Shown one piece after another: positions 12,506 through 24,000 of a DNA stretch of 64,000 nt (positions are counted from its first letter, which is position 1; each line of letters begins with the position of its first letter). The position numbers and the translations under genes were made by a program. This DNA comes from Octopus sinensis (taxonomy: Eukaryota), in assembly GCF_006345805.1 (NCBI RefSeq), contig NC_043006.1:49352001-49416000 (forward strand), written 5' to 3'. Below the pieces are notes generated by a model. The model was given only the letters and a program-made list of their open reading frames with translations, was not told the origin of the DNA and ran no database searches.

Positions 12506-13976
12506 GTATGCACACAACTGGCTATTTTTAGTTTCTGTCGACCAAAGCTTTGGACAGTCCAGGGATATAGTAGATACTTACCCAAGGTGTCACATCATGG
12601 GACTGAACCCGGAATCACATGAATGGGAAACAAACATTATATCATATGAAATCAGAAGTTATTGAATATTGTTTAGTAATCTTCAGGCAATGCTGTGCCA
12701 CTTAGAGAAAGGCGAAATAATAAAATTTACACAAAATTTATAAAAAAATAATTTTAATAATAATGATGAATTCATACTTTTCAATATAAAAAACACATCT
12801 TATATAATCATAATATAACTTTTGATGAATCCATGTTTCAGAAATTTACATAAAATCTAGGATAATAATGATATATATATATTCCATTTCCAGACTTTTA
12901 ATCAAAAGCTAATATCATCATTATCATCATTTTGGCATTCACTTTTACTGAGGCAGATTTTCTACAGCCTGATGGCCTTCCTGTTGCCAGCCTTTGCCTG
13001 TTTCCAAGAAAAGTAATATTTTTCCATGGCTGGAAATGTTTTTGCAGAATACTGGAGATGAGTGAAACTGCTTGTATGACAAGTGATAATCATTTAGAAT
13101 TATCATGTGATGTCAAGACAAGGAGAGACACAGACACATACATTCAGTGACACACAACACAATGAGCTTCTTTCGCTTTCCAGCAACCAAATCCACTCAC
13201 AAGGATTTTTGTTGGTCCAGGGCTATAGTAGAAGACACTAGCCCAAGGTGCCCAGCTGTGGGACTGAACTTGTAGCCATATGCTTGAGGAGTGAACTTCT
13301 TAACCACACAGCCACACATGCAGCAAAAAGTGCAAAATCTAGCTGAATGAAAACAAAACAACTTTTTCTTGGAAAATAAATATAAAATTTTTGAAAAAAT
13401 CTTAAAAATAAATAGGGCTTTTTTTTTTTTAAGACAAAATCCTTTTCAATACATAACATGTCATGATATAAAAGGTAATCTGGAGGGAATCTTCATAGAC
13501 TTCTGCAAATAAGCTTAAAGGTTTAGGGCAAGAGGAATTGGAATTATGAGATTCAGGCTTCTTTTTATGACATTTTGAAGTGAAATGATAACAATCCAAC
13601 CTGACCTGGATTTTGTTCTGTTAGAATATATTCTATGCGACAGTGCTTGAAAATATATCCTGGCATCTATTTGGTTTTTTTTTTTCTAATCGCGTACATC
13701 GAAGTTATGTCACATTTTTTATAACAAAGATCTGTTTCAATAAATTACATTTCAATTCTTCAAAAACAATATCAAATTCATCAGAATCAACTGTACTTTG
13801 GAACTGTCCTTTGCAAACTGCTTGCTACTATTCCATTTATACAGTCCTACTTAGCCAGTTGTATGATTTTTGTTTGCTTGTTCTTGTAATGGTTTTAAAA
13901 CCCAGTCTTTATCACATGAATCATTTGTAGTTTGAATTAAAAACAATGCTTGTAATCTAATTTTTATAAAACATTT

Positions 13977-14133
13977 TTGTATATATGTATATATATATAT
14001 ATATATATGTGTGGTCGTGTGTGTGTATATATACATGTGTGTGTGTATATGTATATGCATGTATATGTGTATGTATGTATATGTATATATATATATATAT
14101 ATGGATATATATATGTAGATATATGTATGTATA

Positions 14134-14164
<31 letters not shown>

Positions 14165-14210
14165 GGGTGTGTGTGTATGTATGTGTGTATGTATATGTGT
14201 GTGTGTTGAG
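13977..14210. repeat. Compound (TA)n/(TG)n microsatellite (others at 16436-16580, 29005-29045, 30052-30155; (TAA)n at 47478-47511)
   Basis: Direct inspection. Confidence 0.95.
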
Positions 14211-14568
14211 AATTTCCTTATTTACCTAAAACTCTATTCTTCTATATAATTTTATATTTTTTTATTCTTTTTTTATTCTTTTATTTATTCTTCTATCTAA
14301 TTTACCACTGACTCCTTGACCACTCCCCCAAGTATGATTTTTTTGCGCTATGCCTACCCCCAAAAAGTCCCCCACCACCACCCCTATAAACCTGCCTAAA
14401 TGTATAAATGCCAATACAATTCTTGTTAACTAGCTTCCTGAAGATTTCTCTTGAATGAAACAGTTCTAGTCCTGTAGAAGCTCCTTCTATATAATAAATT
14501 AATTTTACTCTGCTATGTATTGAGTACCTTATTTACTGTGGTTAACCCCGAATCAACCCGGGACCTAC

Positions 14569-14599
<31 letters not shown>

Positions 14600-14721
14600 C
14601 TTACATACGTACAAAAATATGTATATAATTTAGGCATCAAACAAAACAGAAACAGATGAACTTCCTTGTCTCAAAAGTTTGTTTCTTTTGGGAATGGTGT
14701 AGAGTAAATTATAGTAATAAA

Positions 14722-14808
14722 TTAATCTTCATCATCAGTATCTATGGCTAACACTGGTGCACTTTCTCTTTCACTTTGTTGAGATGATCCAAAAAACAAT
14801 GATTTAAA
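14722..14808 (-). CDS. RAD9: RAD9 exon 12 ([28 protein letters not shown])
   Basis: ttttacag acceptor; human equivalent FRSLFFGS...VLAEDSEGEG. Confidence 0.93.
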   Translation of the reverse strand, partial: FKSLFFGSSQQSERESAPVLAIDTDDED

Positions 14809-16476
14809 CTGTAAAAGAAAGAAACAAAAATAAATGAAAGTTAAACAAACGATGGACTAAGGTAGTTAGACTAGATTAGATCTTAAAAACTCAAGCTTTA
14901 TGCACTGGGATAGGATATGCAGGGAGAAGCTGATTGGGTAACCTTTTTTTTCTTTTGTTTTTACATGTTTCAGGCTGCAGCCATGTTGGGGCAATGCTCT
15001 GAAAGATTTAGTTGAAGAAATTGACCCCAGCACTTATTTTTTTCTAAGTCTGGTACTCATTCTATCAGTCTCTTGCTGCTGAACTGCTAAGTTACAGGGA
15101 TGCAAACAAACCAACACTGGTTGTCAAGTGGTAGCTGGGGACAAACATGCACGCATGTATGAACACACGCACACACACACACACACACACTGAAAAGTTC
15201 CTGGTTTTAAGGGTGTCATGAAAGGCTTGGATGGAGGCCCAACCTTCCAAGTTCTTTTACAGGGCTTAGAAAAACTGAAGGACGGCTGCAATAAGTGTGT
15301 GAATCTGAGAGGGGAATATGTTGACTAAAATCATAATTAACTGATCCTCCTGAATTTTCTTTTACCCAGAGTCAGGAACTTTTCAGCATCCCCTCGTATA
15401 TACAATGGGCTTTTTTTAGTTTTTGTCACAAGGCTTTGGTCAGGATGGGCCAATAATACAAGACAATTCCCCAAGGTGTCATGCAATGGGACCGGAACAA
15501 GAACCATGTGTTTGGAATGCCAACTTCTTATCACACAGCCATACCCGCATCTGCCTAATAAGACTGGAATGCGATGACTGGGCACAGTAGTTTAGACACT
15601 GATGATTTGGCATGGCCGAGTGGATATTGAACGTGCTTTGGCTACAGTGTGGAGGTAAATAGAAATATATATATATATATATATACATACAGGTAGAGAG
15701 AGAGAGAGAGAGAGAAAAGGAGGTGTGGCTGTGTGGTAAGAAGGTTGTTTCCCACATGGTTCTGGGTTCAGTCCCACTGCATGGCACCTTGGGGCAAGTG
15801 TTTTCTACTATAGCCTCAGGCTAACAAAAGCCTTGTGAGTGGATTTGGCAGACGGAACCTAAAAGAAACCTGCCGTATCACTAGCCACTACACATTCTTT
15901 ATTTTTTTCTCCTTGTTTCTTTCTGTGTTCCTTTCTGTGGAAGAGCGTAGGCTCAAAACGTTAAAGACTTTTTCACTTCCCAAGCATTATACTAATACAT
16001 CTGTTTGTTGTCTACACCACCTGTCGTCTTTTGTTTTTGTGAATTCTCCCTATATATATATATATATGTATATATAACAATGTTATATGGTAGTGAAACA
16101 TGGGCTACAACAAAGAGAGAAGAGCAGAGATTGGTAATGGCTCAAAGAGCCATGGAAAGGTCAATGCTTGGAATCTCGTTGAGAGAGCACATCAGTAGCG
16201 AGGTCATCAAAGAGAAGTCCGGCGTGAGGGATGTCATTGTAGAATATACACATAGCAAGTTTAAATGGTCTGGACATGTCGCCCGGCTCACCGATAATTG
16301 GTGGACCTGCACAGTTGTCGAGTGGTACCCGCGTGAGCAGAATCAACCACTTGGAAGACCTCCACGACGGTGGAGTTACGATTTCAGGAAGGCGATTGGG
16401 ATCCAGAGAGGAGTGGACAGCGGGTGATCAAGGTGATATATGTATGAGTATATATATATATATATATATGTATGAG

Positions 16477-16508
<32 letters not shown>

Positions 16509-16509
16509 A

Positions 16510-16544
<35 letters not shown>

Positions 16545-18041
16545 CATACATACACGCACACACACACACACATATCTATATATCTATTTGTGTGTGTCTT
16601 TGTGCCTGTGTTTGTCCCCCACCATTACCTGACAACTAGTGTTGGTGTGTTTACATCCCAGTAACTCAGCTGTTCAACAAAAGAGACTGACAGAATAAGC
16701 ACCAGGCTTAAAAAGGTGTTGAGGTTAATTCATTCAACCAAAAAAATATTCAAGGCGGTGCCCCAGCATGGCCACAGTCTAATGATTGAAACAAGTAAAA
16801 GATAAAAGGTACATACAAACATAACTAGATACACAGAGAGGGAGGGAAAGACGAGGAAGAGAGGGAGAGAGAGGAGGTGGAAGAGAGGGAGAGAGGTAAG
16901 GAATAAGAGAAACACTAAAACGTGTGATGTCAAATAAGCCAGTGTTGAATCAGTAATGCCAAATGGCTGTGCCAGAATGGTTGTGCTAAAATGTCTCGTA
17001 CCTCTAAAAGATGTCAGTGTGAAAAATAAAAAAAATAAAAGAGGATGTTAAAATTGTGATGTGTTTAGTTCCAGGTCAGCCTTTATCAAACAAGCATGTG
17101 ATCAAAGGCATTCCAGTTACGACCACTCCATCTTTTTTCTATGTCCATGAAATCCAGGAGCACATTATCCAACATTTTCTTGTTTTAAAGATAGCAGCAG
17201 GTGGTATTAGGGAGATTTGGCTGTTGTTTCTAGAGGCTTTCTCAATGGATTACTAAAATTGCGCAGGAGTGGCTGTGTGGTAAGTAGCTTGCTTGCAAAC
17301 CACATGGTTCCGGGTTCAGTCCCACTGCATGGCACCTTGGGCAAGTGTCTTCTACTATAGCCTCATGCCGACCAAAGCCTTGTGAGTGGATTTGGTGGAC
17401 GGAAACTGAAAGAAGCCCATCGTATATATGTATTTGTATGTGTATGTGTGTGTTTGTGCCCACAATATCGCTCAACAACTGATGGTGGTGTGTTTACGTC
17501 CCCGTAACTTAGCGGTTCGGCAAAAGAGACCGATAGTATAAGTACTAGGCTTACAAAGAATAAGTTCTGGGGTTGATTTGCTCGACTAAAGGTGGTGCTC
17601 CAGCATGGCCACAGTCAAATGACTGAAAGAAGTAAAAGAGTATGTGATCTCTCAGATTGGTGAGATTGATGTGGTTGAAGTTTATTTTAATCATTTATGC
17701 ATCAATGTCTGCCGGGAGAGAATTCCAAAGGGCAGTATGGGTGATAAAGAGAGAAAGGGATGTTAAGTGAGTAGGGACTGAAGGGAATATTTAGCTAGCT
17801 AGTTCAGATGAGCAGAGACAGTGTGATAGTGACAGAAGATGAAAAGAGAAGAAACTATTTTACTTGTTTCAGTCATTTGACTGTGGCAATGCTGGAGCAC
17901 CGCCTTTAGTCGAGGAAATTGATCCCAGGACTTATTCTTTGTTAGCAGTCTCTTTTGCTGAACTGCTAATATTACGGGGACGTAAACACACCAGCATTGG
18001 TTGTCAAGCGATGTTGAGGGGGGGGGGACAAACACAAACAT

Positions 18042-18072
<31 letters not shown>

Positions 18073-21000
18073 CATATATATGACGGGCTTCTTTCAGTTT
18101 CCGTCTACCAAATCCACTCACAAGGCTTTGGTTGACCCGAGGCTATAGTAGAAGACACTTGCCCAAGTGGGACTGAACCCGGAACCATGTGTTTCATAAG
18201 CAATTTGTCTCTTTTGCCAAACCATTAAATTACGGGGACGTAAACACACCAGCATCAGTTGTCAAGCGATGTTGGGAGGACAAACACAGACACACGCAAA
18301 GTAATTGAGGTAATCAGAGTATGCGACAGAATACTTAAGATTAGATTAGCGCTTCATCATAGTTTAGCAACCATTATATCAGCCTATGCTCCTCAGTCGG
18401 GGCTACCTGATGGACAGAAAGACCGATTCTATGACACTCTACTGCAGACTACCTCGTTGACGAACGACAGAGACCTTCTCTTTGTGGCTGGTGACTTCAA
18501 TGGTCACGTTGGACGACATGCTGGGGGCTTCCACGGCGTACATGGAGGCTATGGCTCTGGTTCCCGCAATGAGGAGGGAACCAGGCTGCTGGAGTTCTGC
18601 GATGCAAATAATCTTATGATTTGCAACACTAACTTCAGGAAACCTACCAGCCACCTAGTCACCTACCGATCGGGCCAACATACCAGCCAAATTGACTACA
18701 TCCTTGCCAGGCAAAGGGAGAGATGGCTACTTATAAATGCCAAAACCTTCCCAGGCGAAGAATGCACCCCACAACATAGACTGGTAGTTAGTGACTTTAG
18801 GATCAGGAGTAGGAGGACAACCAGAAGACGACCAACATGGAGAAGAAGGATCTGGAAGCTTAAGGATCCTGTGAATGGACAGAGATTTAGAGACATGTTA
18901 CTTGAAGCCTTTGACGAAGTAGAAGGGGATAGTGTATCACATGGGGTAGAGGACAACTGGACGTTTCTAAGGGACAACCTGCTGAGAGCCACTGACCAGA
19001 TCTGTGGCTGGTGCAAAGTCCCCTCTCGTCACAAGGTAACATGGTGGTGGAACAGTGTCGTAGACAGGGCTATTAGAGAAAAGAGACAGACTTGGAAGCA
19101 CTGGAAGAATGGTGGTAGCAGGGAATTGTATCAGACTGCTAAAAGGGAAGCTAGGAGACAGGTCTATCTAGCCAGAGGGGAAGCAGATAAGAAAAAATTT
19201 GCCAATGTTCTGCGCCGTGAGGACCAAAGACTGGAGGTGTTTCGCGTTGCAAGACAGTGTGTGAGAGAGAATTGTGATGTGGTGGGAGAGAAGTGTGTTC
19301 GCATGGAAGATGGTTCACTTGCGCTAAACGAGGATGCAAAGAGAGAGGCTTGGAGACGCCACTATGAAAGGTTGCTATCAGGGTTGATAGTTCCTTAGTA
19401 GTTAAGGCAATTAGAAGCATGAAGACAGGGAAAGCCCCAGGCCCATCAGGTATCACTGCAGAGATGCTCAAAATATCTGGTAGTGTCGGCTATAGCCTAG
19501 TCACCTGTATAGTTAATCAGGTGATACATGAAGGAGTCATACCCAATGACTGGTGTAGCAGCATAATAGTCAACTGCTACAAAGGTAAAGGTGATGCCCT
19601 AGATACAAATAATTACAGAGGTATCAAGCTGTTGGATCAGGTGATGAAGGTTACAGAGAGGGTCATAAGCCAACTAATTAGAGAGAGAGTTAGTTTAGAT
19701 GAGATGCAGTTTGGTTTCGTGCCAGGGAAAAGTACCACTGATGCTATATTCCTGGTAAGGCAGCTGCAGGAGAAATACCTAGCCAAAGATAAGGCCCTGT
19801 ACCTGGCTTTTGTTGACATGGAGAAAGCCTTCGACAGGGTCCCCCGATCCCTCATATGGTGGTCAATGAGGAAACTAGGAATAGAAGAATGGTTAGTGAG
19901 AGCTGTGCAAGCCATGTACAGGGACGCTGCTAGTAAGGTGAGGGTTGGAAATGAGTACAGTGAAGAATTCCGGGTAGAGGTAGGGGTCCACCAAGGCTCA
20001 GTCCTCAGCCCCCTCCTATTTATCATAGTCCTCAGGCAATAACGGAGGAATTCAAGACAGGATGCCCCTGGGAGCTCCTCTATGCTGATGACCTTGCTCT
20101 AATTGCTGAGTCATTATCAGAACTGGAGAAGAAGTTTCAGGTGTGGAAGCATGGTTTAGAATCGAAGGGCCTTAGAGTCAACCTAGCTAAAACCAAAGTC
20201 CTAATAAGTAGGAAGGTAGACAAATCACAAACGCCTTCAGGTAGATGGCCCTGCTCGATCTGTAGAAAAGGTGTAGGTAGAAACTCTATAAGATGCATCA
20301 AGTGTAGCTATGGACACATAAGAGGTGCAGCAATGTCATAGGAAGGCTAACTAGGAAGATGGTTTTTGTATGTGGCAGATGCTCGGGAGCATTAACCTCT
20401 GAAAATCTGCAGAAAACAACTTCCGTCACTTTCCAGGGGGAAAAACTAGAAGTAGTTGATAGCTTCCGTTATCTTGGTGACCAAGTCAGTAGTGGGGGTG
20501 GGTGTGCTGAAAGTTTAACGGCTAGAGTAAGAATAGCCTGGGTAAAGCTTAGGGAGCTCTTACCTCTGTTGGTGACTAAAGGCCTGTCGCTCAGAGTAAA
20601 AGGCAGACTGTATGATGCATGTGTACGAACAGCCATGCTACATGGCAGTGAAACATGGGCCGTGACTGCTGAGGACATGCGTAACCTCGCGAGAAATGAA
20701 GCTAGTATGCTCCGTTGGATGTGTAATGTCAGTGTTCATAGTCGACAGAGTGTAAGTACCTTGAGAGAAAAGTTGGACCTAAGAGGAATCAGATGTTGTG
20801 TGCAAGAGAGACGATTGCGCTGGTATGGTCATGTGGTGAGAATGGATGAAGATAGGTGTGTGAAAAAGTGCCACACCCTGGCAGTTGAGGGGACCTGTGG
20901 AAGAGGTAGACCCAGGAAAACCTGGGTCGAGGTGGTGAAGCACGACCTTCGAACTCTAGGTCTCACCAAGGAAATGACCAGAGACCGAGACCTATGGAAG

Positions 21001-24000
21001 TATGCTGTGCGTGAGAAGACCCGGCAAGACCAGTGAGAACAATCAAAATCAAATCATATATCAGAAAGCAGGGGTTAAGTGATCCATCTGTTCGTGTCCG
21101 CTGTCAGCCTCGTCTGGCACCCGTGCCGGTGACACGTAAAAGCACCATTCGCTCATGGCCGTTTGCCAGCTCTGCCTGGCCCCGTGTCGGTGGCACATAA
21201 AAGCACCATCCGTTCGTGTTCGTTGCCAGCCTCGCCTGGCCCCGTGCCGGCGACACGTAAAAGCACCGTCCGTTCGTGGCCGTTGGCCAGCTCTGTCTGG
21301 CCCCGTGTCGGTGGCACGTAAAAGCACCATCCGTTCGTGGCCGTTTGCCAGCTCTGTCTGGCCCCGTGACGGTGGCACGTAAAAGCACCATCCGTCCGTG
21401 TCCGTTGCCAGCCTCGGCTGGCCCCCGTGCCGGTGACACGTAAAAGCACCGTCCGCTCGTGGCCGTTTGCCAGCTCTGTCTGGCCCCGTGTCGGTGGCAC
21501 GTAAAAGCACCATCCGTCCGTGTCCGTTGCCAGCCTCGGCTGGCCCCCGTGCCGGTGACACGTAAAAGCACCATCCGTTCGTGGCCGTTCGCCAGCTCTG
21601 TCTGGCACCTGTGCAGGTGGCACGTAAAAAACACCCACTACACTCGCGGAGTGGTTGGCGTTAGGAAGGGCATCCAGCCGTAGAAACACTGCCAGATCTG
21701 ACTGGGCCTGACGAAGCCTTCCAGCTTCACAGACCCCAGTTGACCCGTCCAACCCATGCTAGCATGGAAAACGGACGCTAAACGATGATGATGATGATGA
21801 TGATGATGATATACGACAGGCTTCTTTCAGTTTCCGTCTACCAAATCCACTCACAAGGCTTTGGTCAGCTTGAGGGTATAGTAGAAGACACTCGCCCAAG
21901 GTGCCATGCAGCGGGACTGAACCCGGAACCATGTGGTTGGTAAGCAAGCTACTTACCATACAGCCACTCCTGGATGTTTATAGTTGGTGCATGGGTTTGT
22001 GGGAATGCAGACAAAGGTTTTTGTAGGTAAAGTGGCAGCATTGTCCCCAAAATATTAGCATTGTTCTATTGTCACTATCTCATAATTTTAGAGCCATTAT
22101 ATTTATTTGTAAAAGCACCCGTGTCAGTGTCACATAGGCAGCACCTGTGCTGGTGCCACGTAGAAAAGCACCCATTTGAGAGCACATAAAAAGCTTGTGT
22201 GCTGGTGCCATGTAAAAAGCATCTGTGTCAGTGTCATGTAGAAAGCAGCCCTGCTGGTGCCATGTACAAAGCACCTGTGCTGGTGCCATGTTATAAAGTT
22301 CCTGTGCTGGGGTCACAAATAAAGCACCTATGCTGGTGCCAGGTAAAAAGCACCCAGTACACTCTGTAATGTGGTTGGCCTTAGGAAAAGCATCTAGGTA
22401 TAGAAGCCAAGCCAAAACAGACAACTGGAGCCTGGACAGCTATCTGGCTGGCCAGCCCCTTTCAAACCATCCAACCCATGCCTGCATGGAAAATGGATGT
22501 TAAATGTTGATGGGTGATGTGGAAGTTTTCCACGTCAAGAAATTAGTTGCTCAATCTTGCTGAAATAGCAGCTAAATGCCACCCCCATACACTTTATTCA
22601 AATTTGAAAAGGAAAGGACGACATGAGATAAAATATTCCTATAAACCTCTGGAATGATGGATGGTCATAATTGGAATGCTTTTAATCAATGGTCTGTTCA
22701 ATCAAAATTGTCTTGGGACTAATCAACAACACTCATATATCTTAGTATTTATGCATAAACCATTTGCCTAAATATTCAATTGAATATCTTCAGTTTGTAT
22801 ATTTTTATGCTATATAAAAGCATTTAATAATTCCACAATTCTTACCTTTTTACTAGGAGGTGTTCCAGGAATGACATCATCTTCACTATCATCGTTATTA
22901 TCTTCATCATTGTTTTGTTTAGAGACGTGGAGATTAGGCTTGGGAATGAACTGGAACAGAATGAAAACAAAATTCTTACTCATGAATGACAGTAGAGTTC
23001 TTGTTAACATTGGTGTCATAGAGTGCAATAATTTTCATTGGATTAGTCTCTATATTATCAACATTATCATATAAAAAGATAGCTGGAGTGGAGAACTCAG
23101 AATGGTATACAAACTGAAGGCCAATATCAAGACACTGAGCCTTAAGAAGGCAATGACAAGAGACTGAGATATCTGGCACCTTGCTGTACTCAAGAAAACC
23201 TATACACCACAGCAGAATTGAAACTGGTGCTGGTGCCACAGAGAAAGCACCCAGTACACTCTGTGGAGTGGTTGGTGTTAGGAAAGGCATCCAGTCATAG
23301 AAACCATACCAGAACAGACAATGGAGCCTGGTGTGACCCCTTGCCTTACTAGTTCTGGTCATGCCAGCATGGAAAACAGACGTTAAATGATGTTGATGAT
23401 GATGATACAATTCAAGTCTTTCGTGTTGTGTTTCCAATCTTTCAGGAAAACATGTTTAGCCATGGGGAAATATTACCTTGCTTGGAAACTGATGATGGTT
23501 GACAACAGGAGCAGGGGTCCAGCTGTAGAAAATCTACCTCAACAAATTCTGTCAGATCCAAGCAAGCATGGGAAAAATGCACATTAAAATAATGATGATG
23601 ATGATGATGATAAATATTGATAAAACAACAGAACAAAAGAAATTCATGTTTCTCCTTACCTGAACAGCTATAACTGGACTGTTAGATTCTTCTTGAGAGT
23701 CATGTTCAGAAGCTTTTTTATGAGAGTTAACCATTTGCTTGCTCTTTGGTGAACTTTCTGTGGGTGCTTGGTGAGCATAACTTGAAACATTGGGTGTACT
23801 TACATCACCAGGCTCATTTACTGTAAACTCATCCCATTCCACAAAGATGGAATCATCATTGAAAGAATCATCTGCATCCATCTGACAGGAGGTTGGCCTA
23901 ATTAAGAATAAAGTATAGGGTTATCTGGAAAGTTTGTGCTGATTTTTAAAGGAAAGAAAAAGGTCAATACTTGCCATTACCTTTTTAATCAACCAAATAT

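Noticed and set aside
13710-13830. Possible alternative RAD9 last exon (AVCKGQFQSTVDSDEFDIVFEELK...)
   Set aside because: No polypyrimidine acceptor, no RAD9 similarity, and the true terminal exon is at 14722-14808.
13977-14249. ORFs rich in Y/I/V/C/M/H/T (also 16376, 30178, 35683 and many others)
   Set aside because: Translations of (TA)n, (TG)n and (CA)n microsatellites.
18259-18295. ORF start suggesting a full-length RTE
   Set aside because: The first codons derive from the host SINE; the LINE is 5'-truncated within the endonuclease domain.
21084-21632. CRISPR-like regularly spaced repeats
   Set aside because: Units are contiguous with no unique spacers, there are no cas genes, and the array is the 3' UTR of a eukaryotic LINE.
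21061-21752. Three long - strand ORFs (166-199 aa)
   Set aside because: By-products of the GC-rich stop-poor tandem array; the same peptides recur at every repeat copy (48162, 51369 and others).
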